20,000 nt of DNA from an uncultured virus (IMG/VR IMGVR_UViG_2061766007_001501). Taxonomy: Duplodnaviria; Heunggongvirae; Uroviricota; Caudoviricetes. Made by a program: the position numbers and the translations under genes. Below, piece by piece: positions 1 to 8,027 of the stretch (positions within the stretch are counted from its first letter, which is position 1; each line of letters begins with the position of its first letter). Location of the stretch: IMG/VR virus record IMGVR_UViG_2061766007_001501; one strand, given 5' to 3'. The notes below the pieces were generated by a model. That model saw only the letters and a list, made by a program, of their open reading frames with translations, was not told where the DNA came from and ran no database searches.

Positions 1-730
1 CCCGCAGTTCAGGCAGGTCGTATCCGTCCTGTTCGTATCCGATGTCCTGCGGCCGGTTGAAGCAACACGCCCATCCCGCGACCCACTCGAAAAACTTCTT
101 TTCCGCGTGCCGTTTCAGCCGCCAGTTCTGCGTCTCTCCGCCGTCATGTACAAAGAACGTCGCCAGCATTTCCGTCTGCTTCATTACGCCGAGGAACTGC
201 GCGTGTGTGCCGAGTTCCATGAAGTCGTTCGGAGCGGGCGTCGCGGTACAACACAGCTTGTACGGCGTTTCCTCAAACAGCTCCTGAATCATCTGCCTGA
301 ACTTGCCTTCCTTGTGCTTGATGATGCTGCTCTCGTCTAGTACGATCCCTACGAATTGCTTTGCGTCAAAGTGCTGAAGCATTTCGTAGTTTGTAATGTT
401 CAGCCCATTCACGCACTGTTCCTGATTTCTTACAACGTTGACTGTAATTCCGCAGGCTTCCCCTTCCCGTTTCGTCTGCTGCGTCACCGCCAGTGGCGCC
501 AGGATCAGGATCGGCTTTCCGGTATGCTCGTGGACCTTTTGTGCCCACTGAAGTTGCATTCTCGTCTTCCCACTGCCGCAGCTGGTAAAGATCGCGCATT
601 TCCCTTTCCGCAACGCCCACCGCACCACGTCATTCTGCCAGTCGAACAGCGCAGGGTTCCGTTCCTCGCAGTCGAATCCGCACGCCTGGACGCTGACCTT
701 CTTCTGCTTCAAAAACTCCTGATAGTCCAT
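1..730 (-). CDS. SNF2/DEAD-like superfamily II helicase (partial, runs off the left edge)
   Basis: Manually translated, absent from the ORF track: MDYQEFLKQKK...LFDWQNDVVRWALRKGKCAIFTSCGSGKT (Walker A)...LDESSIIK (Walker B)...CTATPAPND (motif III); open frame to the edge. Confidence 0.88.
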   Translation of the reverse strand, partial: MDYQEFLKQKKVSVQACGFDCEERNPALFDWQNDVVRWALRKGKCAIFTSCGSGKTRMQLQWAQKVHEHTGKPILILAPLAVTQQTKREGEACGITVNVVRNQEQCVNGLNITNYEMLQHFDAKQFVGIVLDESSIIKHKEGKFRQMIQELFEETPYKLCCTATPAPNDFMELGTHAQFLGVMKQTEMLATFFVHDGGETQNWRLKRHAEKKFFEWVAGWACCFNRPQDIGYEQDGYDLPELR

Positions 731-785
731 ATCCACATATCCTTCATTAGTTGCTCACGTATTGTGTTTATCTGTCTCAAAAAAA

Positions 786-1037
786 TTAATCGCAGCTGTT
801 CCCGATTTCCATGTACACCGCGTCCCCGTGCATCCACGTCCGGTACACGCCATATCCGCATTGCCAGCACGTTCCGGTGTTTCCGTTCCGCTGATCCAGC
901 ATGTCCAGCACAGTTTCTTTCAGTTCGCCCTGCTCCATGCTGCCAAGCTCGTTCAGTTCATGATTAGTAAACCCGGAAATTTTCATGACCTTTACGCCGA
1001 TTCCAATCCGGTCCGTTTCAATCTTCAGCCGTTCCAT
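786..1037 (-). CDS. hypothetical phage protein
   Basis: 83 aa ORF with GGAG RBS, tightly packed in the leftward operon. Confidence 0.7.
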   Translation of the reverse strand: MERLKIETDRIGIGVKVMKISGFTNHELNELGSMEQGELKETVLDMLDQRNGNTGTCWQCGYGVYRTWMHGDAVYMEIGNSCD

Positions 1038-1045
1038 CTGTTTAT

Positions 1046-1498
1046 TCAGCTCCTATATATTCCGCTTTCACAAACCCTTTGTTTGTGACCGCCCATTCCG
1101 CCATNNNNNNNNNNNNNNNNNNNNNNNNNNNNNNNNNNNNNNNTCACCCTGCCGCGGCTTTTGATGTGCCTCGTCTCAAACACCGGCTCAGGCTTTTCCC
1201 ATACAATATAGCCAAGGCTGATCCAGCCTTCCCCGGCTTCAACCGCAGCGTATACGTGCAGAAACCCATTCGTTTTTTTCCCTTCCGTTTCAAACACGTC
1301 CCCGCATTCCGCACGACCCGCTTCCTGGCTTCTTCCGCTTGGACGCTCCCGGATGTACACAAAACTGTCCGGCTGACATAGGACCCATACATTCTCCGTG
1401 ATTGGGCCATATTCTTCCGCAAATACCGCAAAGACAAGGACTGTGATCAGAAGAACCGCTATGAGTCCGGCCAGTACATGCCTGCCCGTCCGTTGCAT
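1046..1498 (-). CDS. exported SH3b-like domain protein (contains N gap; C-terminal frame uncertain)
   Basis: N-terminal hydrophobic signal/TM segment, then VYIRERPS...GFLHV...GEGWISLGYI, a bacterial SH3 pattern. Confidence 0.6.
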   Translation of the reverse strand: MQRTGRHVLAGLIAVLLITVLVFAVFAEEYGPITENVWVLCQPDSFVYIRERPSGRSQEAGRAECGDVFETEGKKTNGFLHVYAAVEAGEGWISLGYIVWEKPEPVFETRHIKSRGRVXXXXXXXXXXXXXXGGMGGHKQRVCESGIYRS

Positions 1499-1692
1499 CT
1501 CTTGTCCTTCCTCCTTCTTTTTTCTTTCCGTTTCTGCGCCTGTTCGATCAGGATGTACTTTGCTGCGTTTTCCATGCGTTTCCGCTCGTTTCGTTCGTCC
1601 AGCTCTTTCCGGAACGCCTTGTATCGCTCACATTCGCTGTGACATCCCTCGTGCCGTTCCGCGCATCCTTTGCATCCTGGCTGTGGCATCAT
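1459..1692 (-). CDS. small Cys/His-rich phage protein
   Basis: CKGCAERHEGCHSECERY putative Zn-binding motif; overlaps neighbouring genes. Confidence 0.7.
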   Translation of the reverse strand: MMPQPGCKGCAERHEGCHSECERYKAFRKELDERNERKRMENAAKYILIEQAQKRKEKRRRKDKRCNGRAGMYWPDS

Positions 1693-1934
1693 CCGTCCCC
1701 TTCTTCCATTTCATCGGCGAACGCTTTTTCAATCGTCCACTTCTGCGATTTCCCGCGAGATACAATGGACAGGAACGAAGCGTATGTCATTCCCATTGCT
1801 TCCGCGCAGTCCGGGCCGCTCGCGTCCAAGGCGATCAGCTGGTCCGTATCGTTATTCCATACCGTATACCGCACCATCTTCCTGTCGCTGTCCCGCCTGT
1901 GCCCCTTCCCGTGCCGACCCGTCTGCTCAGCCAT
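1689..1934 (-). CDS. hypothetical phage protein (possible small DNA-binding domain)
   Basis: 81 aa; overlapping coupling with neighbours; CAEAMGMTYASF resembles a helix-turn-helix. Confidence 0.65.
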   Translation of the reverse strand: MAEQTGRHGKGHRRDSDRKMVRYTVWNNDTDQLIALDASGPDCAEAMGMTYASFLSIVSRGKSQKWTIEKAFADEMEEGDG

Positions 1935-2127
1935 GCGCGATCTCTCCGGTAATTGGATTGAACACCCTGATCTTTGACTGGTATTGCTTTGCCTTGTCCA
2001 ACGCTTCCCGCCTGTCCTTGTATTGTTCCGCGTCGTATGCGCTGTTCACGGTCTTCATCGGGTCCCGCGTCAGGTACATACCGTTCCGAAACAGCACGTA
2101 CCGCTTGCATTTATCCAGATTGATCAT
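1927..2127 (-). CDS. hypothetical phage protein
   Basis: 66 aa ORF with GGAGG RBS. Confidence 0.7.
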   Translation of the reverse strand: MINLDKCKRYVLFRNGMYLTRDPMKTVNSAYDAEQYKDRREALDKAKQYQSKIRVFNPITGEIAHG

Positions 2128-2347
2128 GTCGATCCTCCATTTTTATAAACAATCGGAACGATCAGGCGGTCAGGCTTATTGCGTCCGCGAAGACAGTCCT
2201 CCCCGGCTCAGGATGTACCAATCACCCTGTCCGGCCCTTCGTTTCCGAGCCTGGCGGTTGCTTTCAGACGGTGAAGAAAACAGATGGAAAGAAACCGTCC
2301 GGAAGGAGGAACAACCCGGGTTTGCGGCACCCGCGCCATCGTTCCTG

Positions 2348-2581
2348 TCAGCCTCCGCAGTCTTTCCGGTGTTTCCGGTAGCCCATTTCTGATCCGTTCC
2401 ATGCACGCTCTCCGTGCAGAAACCGTCCCGTTTCAGTCACGAACGTTTCCGGACCGCCTCCCGGACGAAACCGGATAATCTCCGGATCGCACGGGATAGT
2501 CTTGCCGTTGTCCGCACGGGTCATGAGGATCTGCCGCCCGCATCTGCGGCATGTCGTGAAATACTGGTTGTAGATGCTCAT
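2348..2581 (-). CDS. Zn-ribbon phage protein
   Basis: CRRCGRQI...GKTIPCD...GYRKHRKDC motif; ATGA coupling to the upstream gene. Confidence 0.75.
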   Translation of the reverse strand: MSIYNQYFTTCRRCGRQILMTRADNGKTIPCDPEIIRFRPGGGPETFVTETGRFLHGERAWNGSEMGYRKHRKDCGG

Positions 2582-2838
2582 GTGGCATCACCGTCCTCTC
2601 TGTCTACATCCGGCGTCATCGTCTCGCCCCGCACCCACCGGATGAACCCGATCCGCATAATCCGCTGCCGGTTGCCGATCTTAACGTGCGGGAACAGGAT
2701 CTTCCGCATATTCACCGGCAGTTCGTCGTCCAGGTCGAGCTGGTCCCGCAGCTTCTGCGGGTCGCATCCGAGGATGTCCGACGCTTCGGACAGGCTAATG
2801 TGTTCCCGGTCGAGCTGTTCCATACATGCCAGCGTCAT
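2578..2838 (-). CDS. HTH DNA-binding protein (excisionase-like)
   Basis: MTLACMEQ start after GGAGG; ISLSEASDILGCDPQKLR...VKIGNRQRIMRIGFIRWV resembles a winged-HTH Xis. Confidence 0.65.
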   Translation of the reverse strand: MTLACMEQLDREHISLSEASDILGCDPQKLRDQLDLDDELPVNMRKILFPHVKIGNRQRIMRIGFIRWVRGETMTPDVDREDGDAT

Positions 2839-3191
2839 TCTTCTTCCTCCCTGACCGCACGCCACTGGCACGTCTCACAGGTCCCGTTCTCCGGATGCTG
2901 ATCGTCCCCGCACATCCGGCACAGTTCCCTTACGCATTCCCGCAGCTGCGCTTTTGTGTTCGCCAGTTCTTCTTCCCGCGCTTCCAACACAATTTTCAGC
3001 TGTTCTTTGGTTTGCCGGATTTCATCAATTGTTTGCCTGATATTTTCGATCAGCTCGTCCGATTCTGTTCTGTCGGGAGCCCGGTACTTGTATCCGACCG
3101 CCATCTCGCTTTCCTCTTTGGGCGTAAAAAACACGGGCGTAGGCTGCTGAATCTCTTTCGCTCCCTTCCGTCCGTTGAATAAAGCACTCAT
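2835..3191 (-). CDS. coiled-coil protein with C-terminal Cys motif
   Basis: Heptad-rich middle, ELCRMCG...CETCQW tail; start codon uncertain. Confidence 0.6.
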   Translation of the reverse strand: MSALFNGRKGAKEIQQPTPVFFTPKEESEMAVGYKYRAPDRTESDELIENIRQTIDEIRQTKEQLKIVLEAREEELANTKAQLRECVRELCRMCGDDQHPENGTCETCQWRAVREEEE

Positions 3192-3264
3192 CTTCTTTGT
3201 TCCTTTCCGCGATACCGCGTCTGTATTGTATGCTCTCGTTCTGTGTTTGCCGGTCGTAAAAAAA

Positions 3265-3480
3265 TTATCCCTGTCCCACCGTGCCCGGATAGAACACTTC
3301 CGGAACCGGCACGCCGTAATACGCGCACAGCCGTTCTTTTACTTCATCTCTGGGAACCCGCTCGCCGCTTTCGTACATGGAAAGCGCGGAAGGCGTAATC
3401 CCGACTGCTCTCGCCACGCCCGTCTGCGTCCTGCATCCGCGCAGTTCCTTCAGCTTCTCTCCAGCCTGCTTCATGTCCAC
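3265..3480 (-). CDS. Cro-like XRE HTH regulator
   Basis: LKELRGCRTQTGVARAVGITPSALSMYESGERVP; short HTH_3 protein divergent from the repressor. Confidence 0.88.
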   Translation of the reverse strand: MDMKQAGEKLKELRGCRTQTGVARAVGITPSALSMYESGERVPRDEVKERLCAYYGVPVPEVFYPGTVGQG

Positions 3481-3516
3481 TTTTTCTCACCCCCTCTTGG
3501 CTTCGTGTGTAGACTA

Positions 3517-3613
3517 TCACTTTCTGTGAGCAATTGCAAGCACTATGTGTTACGAAATCATTACAAAAAAGTTGCTTTTTCACAAATTGTGTGATATTAT
3601 TCACAAGGGGTGA
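3517..3613. promoter_or_regulatory. lysis/lysogeny switch: TCAC-N5-GTGA operators and repressor promoter
   Basis: TCACtttctGTGA 3517-3529, TCACaaattGTGT 3580-3592, TCACaagggGTGA 3601-3613; TTGCTT (3572)-17 bp-TATTAT (3595-3600) with extended -10 TG. Confidence 0.65.
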
Positions 3614-3975
3614 TGAAAATGACATTTGCAGAGAGGTTAAAACAACTACGAACAAGCCGTGGATATTCCCAAAGGAAGCTTTCTGAAGCGCTCCATATGG
3701 CGCAGAGCCGGATCGGCAATTACGAAGCCGGACTTCGCGAGCCGGACTTTGAAACATTGGAAAAGATTGCGGACTTCTTCAACGTGCCGCTGTCAACACT
3801 CATCTCTTCCGAATACGGCGCGGACCGGGAACTCGTCAAGCGCGTCGCGGATTCCCTGCATAAGAATCCGAAGCTTGGCTTGCTCTTCGACCGTACCTGT
3901 TATATGGATGAAAAAGATCTGGACGCGGTGATCGCCGTGGTCAACGCTATCACAAGGGAGCGTGATCCGGAATGA
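3610..3975 (+). CDS. CI-like XRE repressor
   Basis: FAERLKQLRTSRGYSQRKLSEAL...IGNYEAGLREPDFETLEKIADFFNV HTH_3; sits between cro and integrase. Confidence 0.9.
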   Translation: MMKMTFAERLKQLRTSRGYSQRKLSEALHMAQSRIGNYEAGLREPDFETLEKIADFFNVPLSTLISSEYGADRELVKRVADSLHKNPKLGLLFDRTCYMDEKDLDAVIAVVNAITRERDPE

Positions 3976-4193
3976 CGGATCTGTTTGCCATTGAGCAGAT
4001 TCCTGTCATTCTGCTGAATCTGCCAACGCACATTCGCGGGTTCTGCTGTCTCGGTTCGGATTTCGAGCCATGCATTATTCTGAACGCCCGTCTGCCACAG
4101 GAGCAGCGCGTCCGCGCCTATCTGCATGAACTGGAACATATCCGTAAAGGAGAACTCTATGACGCAGGATACATTGAGTACGCGGAAGCGTAA
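3972..4193 (+). CDS. ImmA/IrrE-like HExxH metallopeptidase (short anti-repressor type)
   Basis: IILNARL...RAYLHELEHI motif; ATGA-coupled to the repressor. Confidence 0.75.
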   Translation: MTDLFAIEQIPVILLNLPTHIRGFCCLGSDFEPCIILNARLPQEQRVRAYLHELEHIRKGELYDAGYIEYAEA

Positions 4194-5247
4194 AACCCGT
4201 TCGCGCCCGAACGGAACCGGCACGGCCATCAAACGCGGAAAGACCTGGACCGCCATTGTCGTCGTGGACTGGAAAGCGTCCAAAGACCTCACCCATAAAA
4301 TTCCTGTCTACCGCACCAAGGGCGGCTTTCCCACGAAAAAGGACGCACTCAATTACTGCCCGATTCTCCTGCACGGCCCGGAGAAGAAAAAGCAAATCCG
4401 CCTGCACGAACTCTACGATCTCTGGGAAGCGGCCTACGCCCCGCGTATCGTCCCGTCCACCATGGACTGCTATAAGTATGCTTATAAGCATTTTGCAAAC
4501 CTGCATCACCGTTTTATCAGCAACATATCTGCCACTGATCTGCAAGCCTGTATGGACGCATGTCCGTCCGGGAAGCGAACGCATCAGAATATGAAGTGCG
4601 TAGCAGGTCTGCTCTGGGCGTATGCGATAGATTCAAATTATATCACTCAGGACGTGACGGAACATTTATATATAGGAAAGGGTCAGACCGTCCAACGCGA
4701 TCCGCTCACCGAAAAGGAAGTGGAAGCAATTCGCCGCGCCATCGGGAAAATCCGTTACGCGGAATATGTTTACTGTCTCTGCTATCTCGGATTCCGTCCG
4801 ACAGAGTTTCTTTCCTTAAAAAAAGAGCATTATAAAATCATCGACGGGATTGAGTGCCTGATCAACGGCAGCAAGACGGAAGCCGGAANNNNNNNNNNNN
4901 NNNNNNNNNNNNNNNNNNNNNNNNNNNNNNNTCCAGGAACGGATCTAATCTTCCCACAGTATGTTTTCAGCCGGAAAAAGGGCGAGCCGTTCAAATGCTT
5001 CAAGGAAATGCACCACAGTTATTTCCGGGAAGATGTTTTCAAACCGATGATGCAGCAGCTGGGCATTGCGGAAGGGAAAGTCCCATACGCCACCCGTCAC
5101 ACATATTCAGATAAACTCAAGCGCGCGGACGGCGACGATAAAACCAAAGCCGGCCTTATGGGTCATACAGACTACGCTTTCACAAAATCCCATTACCAGT
5201 CCACCGACATGGACGACCTCCTGGATGTGGCGACAAGCATAGAGTAA
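4159..5247 (+). CDS. int: tyrosine integrase
   Basis: N-terminal arm-binding RSRPNGTGT; catalytic GFRPTE, SKT, YATRHTY, LMGHTD, HY motifs. Confidence 0.93.
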   Translation: MTQDTLSTRKRKTRSRPNGTGTAIKRGKTWTAIVVVDWKASKDLTHKIPVYRTKGGFPTKKDALNYCPILLHGPEKKKQIRLHELYDLWEAAYAPRIVPSTMDCYKYAYKHFANLHHRFISNISATDLQACMDACPSGKRTHQNMKCVAGLLWAYAIDSNYITQDVTEHLYIGKGQTVQRDPLTEKEVEAIRRAIGKIRYAEYVYCLCYLGFRPTEFLSLKKEHYKIIDGIECLINGSKTEAGXXXXXXXXXXXXXXXPGTDLIFPQYVFSRKKGEPFKCFKEMHHSYFREDVFKPMMQQLGIAEGKVPYATRHTYSDKLKRADGDDKTKAGLMGHTDYAFTKSHYQSTDMDDLLDVATSIE

Positions 5248-5275
5248 ATAAATACTATATCAACATAAAAGTTCA

Positions 5276-5304
5276 TTGTCTTTTTAGCGTTTTCGTGATA
5301 TAAT
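5276..5304 (+). promoter_or_regulatory. sigma70/sigmaA promoter of tnpB
   Basis: TTGTCT-17 bp-TATAAT with extended -10 TG. Confidence 0.7.
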
Positions 5305-5361
5305 AAATGTGCAGAAAGCAAGTAATTTCAATGACTTGCAGACTTTTATGCCGAGGTAAAT

Positions 5362-6482
5362 ATGTTGCGCCACAAAGGTTACAAATACAGGATTTATCCA
5401 TCCAAGGAACAAGAACAAAAAATTAAATCATTCTTTGGATGCTGTAGATTTGTATATAATAATTCCCTGTTATTTAACAAAGAAACATATTCATCAGATC
5501 ATCGTTATGTTTCTTCGTTTGAAAACATGAGACGAATCACAAAGCTCAAAACAGATCCGCAATNNNNNNNNNNNNNNNNNNNNNNNNNNNAGCAATAAAA
5601 GACCTCGACAGGGCATATCAGGCATTTTTAAAAAACGGAGTGGGGCTGCCACAATATCGAAGCAAGAGAAAACATGCGCAGTCATATAGAACAGTAAACA
5701 ACTATAACGTTGTGCGTTTTGAATCGGGAAAAATTCGAATCCCGAAACTCGGATTGATAAAAATAAAAAAATCACGTGAAATACAAGGAAGAATTATAAA
5801 TGCAACAATATCATGTACTGCATCAGGGAAATATTTTGTTTCTCTTTGCGTAGAAGAAGAAACGGTTATAAAGCCGAACGGCGGTGGCGTCGTTGGCATA
5901 GATGTTGGAATTAAAAATTTTTATACAGATAGCNNNNNNNNNNNNNNNCCAAAGGTATTTGAAAAAAATAAGAAACGACTTGCAAAAGAAAACAAACGAC
6001 TTTCACGAAAGGAAAAAGATTCAAATAATTGGAACAAACAGCGCATAAAACTTGCAAAAGCATACGATAAGGTAGCAAATCAAAGGGCTGATTTTCTGCA
6101 TAAAGAATCTTCCAAATTAGTTATCGAAAACCAAGTAATTGCTTTGGAAGATTTAAACGTTTGTGGAATGGCAAAGAACAGAAAACTTGCAAAAGCGATT
6201 TTTGATGCTTCATGGGGTTCTTTTGTGAAATTACTTGAATATAAATCATTTGAGCACGGCACGAAAATTGTCCGAGTCCCAAGATTCTTTGCTTCCAGCC
6301 AGATTTGTTCATCCTGTGGTGAAAAAAATTCATTGGTTAAAGATCTTTCTGTCAGGAAGTGGACCTGCCCGAATTGCGGGGCTGCCCATGACCGGGATCA
6401 CANNNNNNNNNNNNNNNNNNNATTATGCGTTGATGACAACTTAGTTATAATAACAAGTACCGTAGGGCATACGGGAACTTAA
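5362..6482 (+). CDS. tnpB: TnpB RNA-guided endonuclease (IS200/IS605 family), joined across an N gap
   Basis: KGYKYRIYP...FGCCRFVYN N-terminus; AIKDLDRAYQAF after the gap; RuvC GIDVG, ALEDL, HDRD; CSSC/CPNC Zn finger; AT-rich relative to flanks; no tnpA. Confidence 0.93.
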
Positions 6483-6596
6483 CGCTTGTGGAGATCGTGT
6501 AAGTCGAATCTGATTCGTCAGAAACGCAGTGGTCCTCGAAGCAAGAATTATATTTGAAATAAAATATAAATGCCAATAATAACGTACTAATTACAT
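6455..6596 (+). ncRNA. putative TnpB omega/reRNA scaffold plus guide (boundaries approximate)
   Basis: ACCGTAGGGCATACGGGAAC..ACGCTTGTGGAGA...GAAGCAAGAAT resembles IS605-type right ends; followed by a hairpin and GCCAA at 6572-6576. Confidence 0.6.
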
Positions 6597-6632
6597 AATT
6601 CCTCTCAATCTATTGTTATTCAATGTTCCTAT

Positions 6633-6680
6633 CTTGAATGGGGTTCAAGAGGCCGGAGGTTCGAATCCTCTCACCCAGAC
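6633..6680 (+). other. att core (probably attP): 3' part of tRNA-Pro(GGG)
   Basis: CTTGA-ATGGGGT-TCAAG anticodon arm, GGAGG-TTCGAAT-CCTCT T arm, CACCCAG-A acceptor 3' strand; no D arm or 5' strand upstream; downstream of integrase. Confidence 0.85.
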
Positions 6681-6688
6681 GCCGAAAA

Positions 6689-6736
6689 GCAGCCCGTAAG
6701 CCTTGAAAATCAATGGTTTGCGGGCTGTCTCTTTTT
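6689..6736 (+). terminator. intrinsic terminator after the att core
   Basis: GCAGCCCGTAAGCC...GGTTTGCGGGCTGT hairpin followed by CTCTTTTT. Confidence 0.75.
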
Positions 6737-6806
6737 GTGTTCATCTGCTTACATACCGTGTAAAATCGAGAAAAATTGTGTTCTACTAATTACAGCGTTA
6801 ATAACA

Positions 6807-6835
6807 AATAAAATCCCGCTCATTTCTGAGCGGGT
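6807..6835 (-). terminator. terminator of the XRE gene
   Basis: CCCGCTCA-TTTC-TGAGCGGG hairpin followed by a T-rich tract on the minus strand. Confidence 0.7.
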
Positions 6836-6841
6836 TACAAA

Positions 6842-7033
6842 TTAATCATACAGTTTCCACCATTTTACTTTCAGCACGTCAGCGATCTTCTTCGCCATCT
6901 CAACCGGCAGTTTTCGGCTGCCCGTTTCGTACCGGCTGATGCTCGCTTCGGTCGTTCCGACACGTTCCGCCAGTTCCGCAACGGTCAGATTCCTTTTCTT
7001 CCTGATCTCTTTCAGATATACCGGATACCCCAA
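6842..7033 (-). CDS. XRE-family HTH regulator divergent from the RNA array
   Basis: LKEIRKKRNLTVAELAERVGTTEASISRYETGSRKLP; AGGAG RBS before a TTG start. Confidence 0.9.
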   Translation of the reverse strand: MGYPVYLKEIRKKRNLTVAELAERVGTTEASISRYETGSRKLPVEMAKKIADVLKVKWWKLYD

Positions 7034-7062
7034 TGTCCACTCCTTTCCTCGCTCACACTTGG

Positions 7063-7091
7063 ATTATATAATGAAAGAAAAATTTATTCAA
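7063..7091 (-). promoter_or_regulatory. promoter of the XRE gene
   Basis: TTGAAT-17 bp-TATAAT on the minus strand. Confidence 0.75.
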
Positions 7092-7111
7092 GAAATATTT
7101 CCAATTTGGTA

Positions 7112-7141
7112 TTGACTATTGCTCACGCACTGTGTTAGGAT
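7112..7141 (+). promoter_or_regulatory. promoter of the ncRNA array
   Basis: TTGACT-18 bp-TAGGAT with extended TG; predicted +1 near 7148 coincides with the 5' end of the first RNA. Confidence 0.65.
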
Positions 7142-7147
7142 GTTCTC

Positions 7148-7289
7148 GCAAACAGCATTGCAGAGGTCGGATACTTCGAGAGGAACTTTGTGTCACAGGT
7201 TCGAGTCCTGTCCCCTCGACACCGAGGGGTAGCTCAGTTGGTAGAGCAAAAGTAAAAAGCCCGGTCTCGATTCTTATCTGTTTGCACCA
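7148..7289 (+). ncRNA. Y RNA-like RNA 1 (YrlA-type, permuted tRNA-like domain)
   Basis: Terminal stem GCAAACAG/CTGTTTGC + ACCA; T arm 7195-7211 precedes a loop-closed acceptor stem CCCCTCG-ACAC-CGAGGGG, then D arm TAGCTCAGTTGGTAGAGC; upstream of Ro60. Confidence 0.82.
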
Positions 7290-7292
7290 CAT

Positions 7293-7379
7293 GGGATGAT
7301 ATACCGTAAGTGGTAGCGGGGCAGACTGTAAATCTGCTGTCATTCGGCTCGGGTGGTTCGACTCCATCTCATCCCACCA
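7293..7379 (+). tRNA. tRNA-Tyr(GTA)
   Basis: GGGATGA/TCATCCC-ACCA acceptor, GCAGA-CTGTAAA-TCTGC anticodon arm, long variable arm, TTCGA loop. Confidence 0.95.
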
Positions 7380-7593
7380 GCTGCACAATTGCAGCAAACC
7401 ACTTTCATATGGCATTCCGGAAAGACGGAAAAGCATGAAACCGAGTGTCTGGTGCCGAGCTACTCATCGCCAGCCGAAACGCACAAAGACTTGCGCCCAG
7501 AGTAGGGGTATGTGAACGGTAACCTGGATGGGCCGCCGACACGGAGAAGCAAGTTGCCGGGTTTACATAACTGCGGTTTACCGGCAATCACAT

Positions 7594-7950
7594 GGGGGTG
7601 AAATGGTTTCGACAGGTTGTGAAGTATGCTGAGATCACGGGCATGATACCGCCTTATGGGTCAAGCAAAAGAACTGACGAAGATAATACTTACGGCGAAC
7701 TGAAAGCCGCCTGATCGCGGCATCGCTCCAAAACGACGGACCTGCCGGTCGGTAACCGTATGAGGATCAGAGATAGACTGGAATGACTCACCCCGGTTCT
7801 CCTGCTCACCGGCGTTAACAAAAGAGCGGGTGGTGGACATGAGGGACACTCCTTCCCTATGAGCGTCATCTCACTAATCTGACTATCGTGTAAGAAGTTT
7901 CAGTATCGGTCGCAATTTGGACACGGGTTCGACTCCCGCCATCTCCACCA
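7594..7950 (+). ncRNA. ssrA: tmRNA, tag (A)DEDNTYGELKAA* at 7676-7714
   Basis: 5' GGGGGTGAAATGGTTTCGACAGG, 3' GGGTTCGACTCCCGCCATCTCCACCA with G3:U70; internal tag ORF ending AA-stop; 357 nt. Confidence 0.95.
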
Positions 7951-7951
7951 T

Positions 7952-8027
7952 GGGGCATTAACTCAATGGTAGTAGTGTCTGCTTTGCAAGCAGAAGGTTG
8001 CAGGTTCAAATCCTGTATGCTCCACCA
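7952..8027 (+). tRNA. tRNA-Ala(TGC)
   Basis: GGGGCAT/ATGCTCC-ACCA with G3:U70; TCTGC-TTTGCAA-GCAGA anticodon arm. Confidence 0.92.

Larger units (their letters stand above)
6585..6794 (+). repeat. direct repeats TACTAATTACA flanking the att core (putative integrase arm-type sites)
   Basis: Exact 11-mer at 6585-6595 and 6784-6794, each adjacent to a TAATAAC variant. Confidence 0.65.

Noticed and set aside
5564..5640. Apparent frameshift or pseudogene in tnpB
   Set aside because: The frame change falls at an N gap and the protein is continuous on both sides, so it is a gap-length artefact.
6633..6680. Functional tRNA-Pro gene
   Set aside because: Only the anticodon arm onward is present; it is an att core.
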